From the NCBI GenBank assembly GCA_035719385.1, contig DASTGG010000096.1, forward strand, positions 537 through 64,536: a DNA stretch of 64,000 nt. Direction: 5' to 3'. Under the pieces are notes generated by a model. It was not told the origin of the DNA, ran no database searches, and was given only the letters and a program-made list of their open reading frames with translations. The stretch's first letter is position 1; every line of letters begins with the position of its first letter. The stretch is from Usitatibacter sp. Its GTDB lineage: Bacteria > Pseudomonadota > Gammaproteobacteria > Burkholderiales > Usitatibacteraceae. Below, piece by piece: positions 58,762 to 64,000 of the stretch. The translations under genes were made by a program, and so were the position numbers.

Positions 58762-60197
58762 GTGGTGGATTTGCGTTCGCCCTCGAAGGCTTGCCAGCCG
58801 CCGCCGAGCGCTTTGTAGAGCTGCACGCTGTCGAGCAGCAGTTGCGTATCGCTGTCGTTCGCGCCGAGGCGCGCGGCGAGCTCGGCGCGCTGCGCATCGA
58901 GCAGCGGCAGAAGGTCGATCTGCCCACGCTGGTAGAGCGAGCGTGCGTGCCCCAATGCCGCGACCGCGGCCTCGGCCGACGTGTGCAGGGAGCCGGCGCG
59001 ATCGCGCTCCGACTTGAGGGCCACGAGCGCGTTCTCGACGTCCTCGAGCGCGCTCACCATCGCCGATTCGTAGCGGATCGCCGCTTCCTTCTGCGCGCTC
59101 TCGGCCATGTCGTTGATGGCCTGCGTGCGCCCGGCGTTGAACACCGGCATCGCAAGGAGCGCCGCGGCATTCGTGTAGCGCGCGGCGCCGAGCGACGCGC
59201 CGTTAAGGCTCACGCTTTCGCGGCCGAAGGCGGCGCCGAGAAAGAGGCGCGGGAACCATTCGGCGGCCGCTTGCTGCCGGCGTGCATTCGCCGCCTCGAG
59301 CTGCGCCTGCGCGGCGAGCACGTCGGGCCGGCGGAGGAGGAGCGTCGCGGGCTGTCCGGCACGCGTGGCGGGCACGACCGTGCGGCCTGCGTAAGGAACG
59401 ATGGCCGACGCGTTGAACGCCTGGTCGCCGATCAGCACGGCGATGCGATGGCGCGACACGGCAGCCAGCGTCTCGAGCGGCGGGATCGCGGCATGGGCCC
59501 GCGATGCGTCGGCCTGTGCACGCTCGACATCGAACGGTGTGGCAAGGCCCGCGCGCTCGCGTGCCTTCACGAGCCGCAGCGTTTCGTCCTGGGCCGCCGA
59601 GATCGCTCGCACGGTCTCCAGCTGCCGCAACGCGCCGGCGAGCACGAAATAGTTGGTGGCGACGTCCGTCACCACGAGAAGGCGCACGCCGCGCGCCGCG
59701 TCTTCTGTCGCGAGCGATTCGGCCTTCGCAGCCGCCACACCCGCGCGCAAGCGGCCCGACAGATCCACTTCCCAGGACACATCGGCCGCCGCGGTGCCGG
59801 CCTTCAGCTCCGGCCAGGCCATCTGTCGCTGCGCGTCGTAGCCGTTCTTCATGTCGACGCCGCCCGCACTCACGCCGACTTGCGGGAAGAGCCACGAGCG
59901 GCTGACCTTCTCGCCGGCGCGTGCGGCGCTCACGCGCTGGGCTGCAATCCTCACATCCCGGTTCTCGTAGGCGGCCTTGCGAATGAGCTGGGCAAGCACG
60001 GGATCCCCGTAGCCGTCCCACCACGCGGTCTCGGGCTCTTCGTCGCGAGATGTGGCATTTGCGAACTGCGACGGCACGTCGATCGTCGGCTTCATCACAG
60101 GCGTGGTGCATCCGGCGGCAACCATCGCGATCGACACGACAAAGGCCAGCGTACGGAGGCGAGTGGATGGCATCGGTGCGTTCATGTCGGAAGTCAT
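58758..60197 (-). CDS. Outer-membrane efflux lipoprotein (OMF/NodT)
   Basis: Lipobox AAGC; WW..YGDP.L, SWEVDL.G, RRPDV, LYKALGGGW. Confidence 0.92.
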   Translation of the reverse strand: MTSDMNAPMPSTRLRTLAFVVSIAMVAAGCTTPVMKPTIDVPSQFANATSRDEEPETAWWDGYGDPVLAQLIRKAAYENRDVRIAAQRVSAARAGEKVSRSWLFPQVGVSAGGVDMKNGYDAQRQMAWPELKAGTAAADVSWEVDLSGRLRAGVAAAKAESLATEDAARGVRLLVVTDVATNYFVLAGALRQLETVRAISAAQDETLRLVKARERAGLATPFDVERAQADASRAHAAIPPLETLAAVSRHRIAVLIGDQAFNASAIVPYAGRTVVPATRAGQPATLLLRRPDVLAAQAQLEAANARRQQAAAEWFPRLFLGAAFGRESVSLNGASLGAARYTNAAALLAMPVFNAGRTQAINDMAESAQKEAAIRYESAMVSALEDVENALVALKSERDRAGSLHTSAEAAVAALGHARSLYQRGQIDLLPLLDAQRAELAARLGANDSDTQLLLDSVQLYKALGGGWQAFEGERKSTT

Positions 60198-60273
60198 GGG
60201 ATGGCAGCGTATTCACGCGTCGCCATGGAGTCGTCAGGGAAAGGTGTGCGATCGGTCTTCATTCCGGCCGCCC

Positions 60274-60468
60274 TCAAGGCTTCCTGCCCGTGTCCGCGAG
60301 ATCGCTTGCGAGCGATTCCAGGAGTTCCCGGTCGGAGCCAAAGTCGCGCTGCCGGCCGGTGACGAGGTTTTCGAGGCGCCCCGCCAGCGCGCCCGGCGCG
60401 GCGTCATTGCGGACCTTGAGGACGTACGTGCGCCGGCTGGGAAACTTCGTTTCGGAATTCAGGGACAT
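60274..60468 (-). CDS. Small hypothetical protein
   Basis: MSLNSETKFPSRRTYVLKVR...GRLENLVTGRQRDFGSDRELLESL; first gene of the minus-strand run. Confidence 0.6.
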   Translation of the reverse strand: MSLNSETKFPSRRTYVLKVRNDAAPGALAGRLENLVTGRQRDFGSDRELLESLASDLADTGRKP

Positions 60469-60654
60469 CGTGCAAATCCGTGCTGAAAGAAGGATGTGCA
60501 CAAGGTAGGCTCCCGGGTGCCTGAAGTCGGCAGCGAAAGGTCCAGCTTCGGTCTCAATCGGGGCCGCGGCGCCGGAGGGTTCTTCGCTCTCGTCAACCCG
60601 GGTTTTTTCTCGCCGGCGTATCATCAAACGGTCTCTGGCGTCCCCGGGATTCCC

Positions 60655-63555
60655 ATGGCGCAAGACCCGCCTACGACGCTTGCCCGCCCCACCGCCAAGC
60701 CGGTGCGGGTCCGCTTCGACCGGTTCGAGCTGGACGAGGAGAACGCCACACTCACAGGGGATGGCAAGGCCATCCCGGTCGCGCCGACCCCGTTCGCGGT
60801 CCTCTGCGCGCTTGTGAGGCAGGAGGGTTTGCTCGTCACCAAGAACGCCCTTTTGGACGAGGTCTGGGGCCACCGCTTCGTGACCGAGTCGGTGCTGAAG
60901 ACCGTGATCGGCAAGCTGCGCACGGCGCTCGGCGACGACGCCCGGCAGCCGCGCTTCATAGAAACCGTGTCGCGCCGCGGCTATCGATTCATCGGCCGCA
61001 CGGTTCCCACCGGCGCGAAGGCCGCCCTGCGGCTTCCGGGGGCGCCTGCGGATGCGTCATTCATCGGACGAGCCGACGCGCTCTCCCGACTCGAAAGCGC
61101 CTGGGACCGCGCCTGCGCCGGGCAGCGAGCGATCGTCTGGATTGCCGGCGAGGCCGGCATCGGCAAGACCACGCTTATCAACCGCTTCGTGTCTTCCCTC
61201 GGCGATGCCTCGTGCGCGCGGGGCCAATGCGTCGCGCAATACGGAGCCGGCGAGCCGTACATGCCCGTGCTCGAAGCGCTGGGACGGCTCTGCCGCACGG
61301 ACCCCACACTCGTGACTTTGCTTCGCGCGGTGGCGCCAACGTGGCTCCTGTCCCTGCCGTGGCTTCTCGCCGCCGACGAACGCGCGGCACTTCACCGCGA
61401 GCTCGTCGGTGTCGGGCCGGAACGCATGCTGCGCGAGATGGGAGAGCTGCTCGAGCGTTACACCGCGGAGCGCCCGCTGCTCCTGGTCACCGAGGACCTC
61501 CATTGGAGCGACCGCGCGACCACGCATCTGCTCGATTACCTCGCGCGACGAAATGACAGCTCGCGCTTCATGTGGCTCGCGAGCTTCCGCCTGTCCGAGG
61601 CGGTTGCGCTCGAGCACCCGCTTGGCGCACTGCGCCGCGAGCTGCGGCTGCACGAGCTATGCGAGGAGATCGTGCTCGACCCCTTCTCCGAAAGCGAGAT
61701 CGAGCAATTCGTCGCCCAACGCGCGCCTTCGATCGCGCCGGACGAGGGCCTGGTCCGCGCGTTGCACGAGCGAACCGATGGTGTGCCGCTGTTCGTCGCA
61801 CAGATCCTGGTCGACCTGGCGCGTGGCTCGGGCCAGGCGAGCGACGCCGGCTCGCCCGCCGAGCGCATCGCGCGCATGGCCGTCCCCGAGAATCTCGCCG
61901 GAATCATCCATCATTACTTCGACAAACTGCCGGATGCGCAGCGCGACCTGCTTTCGGCAGCGGCTGTGTGCGGCGTCGAGTTCCGTCTGAAAACGCTCGC
62001 GGGCGTCGTTGGGAGCGACGAAGCCGCAGTGGCGCAAGCCTGCGATTCCCTGGTGCGCGACGATCTGTGGCTGACGGCGTCGTCCGGGAGCACTGGCGAT
62101 GATGGACTGCATCCGCACTACGCGTTCAAGCACGCGCTCTTCCATCAAGTGGTGCATGAGCGAACCAATGCCGCCGCGCGGGCCGACCTCCATCGCAAAG
62201 CGGGACTCGCTCTCGAGCGTGAGCGCACTGATGGCGCGACGATCACGCCCGCGCAACTCGCCATGCACTTCGAGCGCGGCGGCGAGCCGCTCGCTGCCGT
62301 CCGGTATTACGCGGAAGCGGCCGAGACCGCGCTGTTGCATTTCAGCCCAGCCGAGGCTACGTCCCTCGCGGAGCGGGGGCTCAAGGTGCTCGCACAAGCA
62401 GCGAGAAGCGCGGAGCGAAACGACCTCGAAATCACGCTGGCTACCCTGGAAGGGGTTTCAGCGGCGCATCTGCGGGGTGTGAGCTCCGACGCGGCGAAGA
62501 TCGCCTACGAGCGTGCCGATGCATTGCTACCGCGGATGCCGGCGCACCGCCATCGCGAGCTCCTGCTCCACGGACTGGGGCTGACCCTGTGCGTACGAGG
62601 CGATTACCCGCAGGCGCTGGCCTTCGCCGAACGCTGCGCCGCCCTCGCCGCCTCGACGAACGATCCCGTGGCGTTGCTGGGCGCGTGCACCGTGCACGGG
62701 GAAGTCGACATGCTGCAGGGGCGCCCGCAGCAAGCGCGCGAATGGGCCGAGCGCGGGCTCAGCATCATCGAGTCGCTCCACGCACCGAGCGAGGAGGCAT
62801 TGGCGCCCCAGATCACGTTGCTGGGACTTCTCGCGATGGACCTGCTCCATCTGGGCTCGCTCGACGACGCGCGCGCTAAAGTTCGCGAAGCGCGTGAGCG
62901 CGCCGACGCCTGGGGCCAGCCGCTCGCGCTATCGATCGCCATCTGGTTCGAGGCGCTGCTCGAGGTGCGGCTCGGCGATGCGGAGCGCGTCGCGGGGCTC
63001 GCAGCGCAGATGGAAGCTCTGGTGGACAAGCATGCGCTGGCACAGGGACGGGCCGCCGGTCGATGGTTCCGCGGCTGGGCACTGGCACGCACGGGACAGG
63101 CGCGCGAGGGTTTCGCGCTCATCCGCTCCGCTTACGAGGAGAACAGCGCGCTGGGCATGCGGGCAGGCGGCAGCGAAGTCGTGGGCTACGCCGCCGAAGC
63201 ACTGCTGCTCGCTGGCGACCTGCAGGGCGCGCAGGCGCAGCTCGATGAGGCCCTCGCGATCTCGCGCGGCCTGGGCGAGCGCGTCTATCTTCCGCAGCTG
63301 CTCGTGCTGCAGTCCGAAATCGCGCGCGCGCGTGGCAATGTGCGTGAGGCCACCGCATCCGCCCGGCGCGCATTGGAGGAAGCCCGCGCGCAGCAGGCGC
63401 CGTGGCTGGAGCTCGTCGCGCTCCTGCCGCTGTGCGAAGAACTGACAGCCAATCGCGAGGATCGGCGCTCACTCGAGAAGCTGGTCGAGTCGCTGAGCGA
63501 CGCGCAGGAGACGGGGCCAGTCGCACGCGCGCGCAGAATCGTCGCGAGAGCCTGA
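60655..63555 (+). CDS. OmpR-type winged-helix + STAND AAA ATPase + TPR-like transcriptional regulator
   Basis: RFDRFELDE...LLDEVWG...LRTALGDD..QPRFIETV.RRGYRF; Walker A GEAGIGKT; Walker B LLVTEDLHW; helical repeats. Confidence 0.9.
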   Translation: MAQDPPTTLARPTAKPVRVRFDRFELDEENATLTGDGKAIPVAPTPFAVLCALVRQEGLLVTKNALLDEVWGHRFVTESVLKTVIGKLRTALGDDARQPRFIETVSRRGYRFIGRTVPTGAKAALRLPGAPADASFIGRADALSRLESAWDRACAGQRAIVWIAGEAGIGKTTLINRFVSSLGDASCARGQCVAQYGAGEPYMPVLEALGRLCRTDPTLVTLLRAVAPTWLLSLPWLLAADERAALHRELVGVGPERMLREMGELLERYTAERPLLLVTEDLHWSDRATTHLLDYLARRNDSSRFMWLASFRLSEAVALEHPLGALRRELRLHELCEEIVLDPFSESEIEQFVAQRAPSIAPDEGLVRALHERTDGVPLFVAQILVDLARGSGQASDAGSPAERIARMAVPENLAGIIHHYFDKLPDAQRDLLSAAAVCGVEFRLKTLAGVVGSDEAAVAQACDSLVRDDLWLTASSGSTGDDGLHPHYAFKHALFHQVVHERTNAAARADLHRKAGLALERERTDGATITPAQLAMHFERGGEPLAAVRYYAEAAETALLHFSPAEATSLAERGLKVLAQAARSAERNDLEITLATLEGVSAAHLRGVSSDAAKIAYERADALLPRMPAHRHRELLLHGLGLTLCVRGDYPQALAFAERCAALAASTNDPVALLGACTVHGEVDMLQGRPQQAREWAERGLSIIESLHAPSEEALAPQITLLGLLAMDLLHLGSLDDARAKVREARERADAWGQPLALSIAIWFEALLEVRLGDAERVAGLAAQMEALVDKHALAQGRAAGRWFRGWALARTGQAREGFALIRSAYEENSALGMRAGGSEVVGYAAEALLLAGDLQGAQAQLDEALAISRGLGERVYLPQLLVLQSEIARARGNVREATASARRALEEARAQQAPWLELVALLPLCEELTANREDRRSLEKLVESLSDAQETGPVARARRIVARA

Positions 63556-63644
63556 GGCCTGTACTCGGTCGCATTCGCCCAATCGTGCTCCCCGTCCGCA
63601 ATCGGCCCGTAAGCGCCCTCCTTATTCTGTCGGGCACCGTGGGC

Positions 63645-63701
63645 AAATGTCAACTATACTTGACATTTTCGGGGCGACATACTACCATACGCAAATGTCG
63701 C
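63645..63701 (+). promoter_or_regulatory. Sigma70 promoter with overlapping operators
   Basis: TTGACA (63660-63665)-N17-TACCAT (63683-63688); inverted repeats AAATGTCAA-N6-TTGACATTT and GCGACAT-N14-ATGTCGC. Confidence 0.75.
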
Positions 63702-64000
63702 TCAATCCGCAGATCGCTGCGCTAGGCACGGAGATCCGCGCTCGCAGGAGAAGACTTGGCCTGACGCAGTCTCGCCTTGCAGCGATGACGGACCTGTCGC
63801 GAGCCAGCGTCAACGCGTTGGAGTCGGGTACGACGGATCTTGGCTTGGCGAAGGTAATTAGAGTCGCCGTGGTGCTGGGCATGGACTTGCGCTTCGAAAG
63901 GCGGACGGCGAAGCACGAAGGGTGGCTGCAAACTGCTGCCACGTCGGCGAGCGCGAGCTATCGCAAGACAGTTCCGACGGCTGTCATCGCGCAGGCAGCG
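63695..64000 (+). CDS. XRE/HTH_3 transcriptional regulator (HipB-like), 3' truncated
   Basis: MSLNPQIAALGTEIRARRRRLGLTQSRLAAMTDLSRASVNALESG; open to the window end; absent from the supplied ORF list. Confidence 0.82.
   Translation, partial: MSLNPQIAALGTEIRARRRRLGLTQSRLAAMTDLSRASVNALESGTTDLGLAKVIRVAVVLGMDLRFERRTAKHEGWLQTAATSASASYRKTVPTAVIAQAA

Overview
A GC-rich, gene-dense bacterial chromosome segment with about 63 protein-coding genes. I saw no rRNA, tRNA, CRISPR array, transposase or integrase. Four Bug/TTT solute receptors and the actP-DUF294 cluster suggest a betaproteobacterium (inference only). Main result: an apparently single operon at 23401-29419, possibly extending to 30489, preceded by a perfect TTGAC-N4-GTCAA CRP/FNR-type box. 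It encodes a thiamine-diphosphate E1-alpha subunit with a twin-arginine (Tat) export signal, a signal-less E1-beta, a CxxC/CxxC Zn-ribbon protein, two paralogous c-type cytochromes, an AlgI/DltB-type MBOAT ending in a FIYxxF acyl-shuttle motif, and a DltD/SGNH-like protein. No E2, E3 or lipoyl carrier is present. This looks like a candidate periplasmic, cytochrome-coupled 2-oxoacid/acyloin dehydrogenase linked to transmembrane acyl transfer. A second notable cluster (3515-9566) holds an ArsR regulator, an octaheme OTR-family cytochrome, a DUF3373-like outer-membrane barrel, a small protein ending in Gly-Cys, a diheme cytochrome c and a Cyc2-like cytochrome-porin. Other notable items are a BCS1-like AAA ATPase, a ~12 kb minus-strand run (RND efflux, PagL, Pta, FabI, AckA, PhaC-like DUF3141) divergent from a wHTH-STAND regulator, an aldo/keto-reductase gene remnant, and a probably leaderless XRE gene at the right edge. 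All family calls come from motifs recognised by eye; no database search was run.
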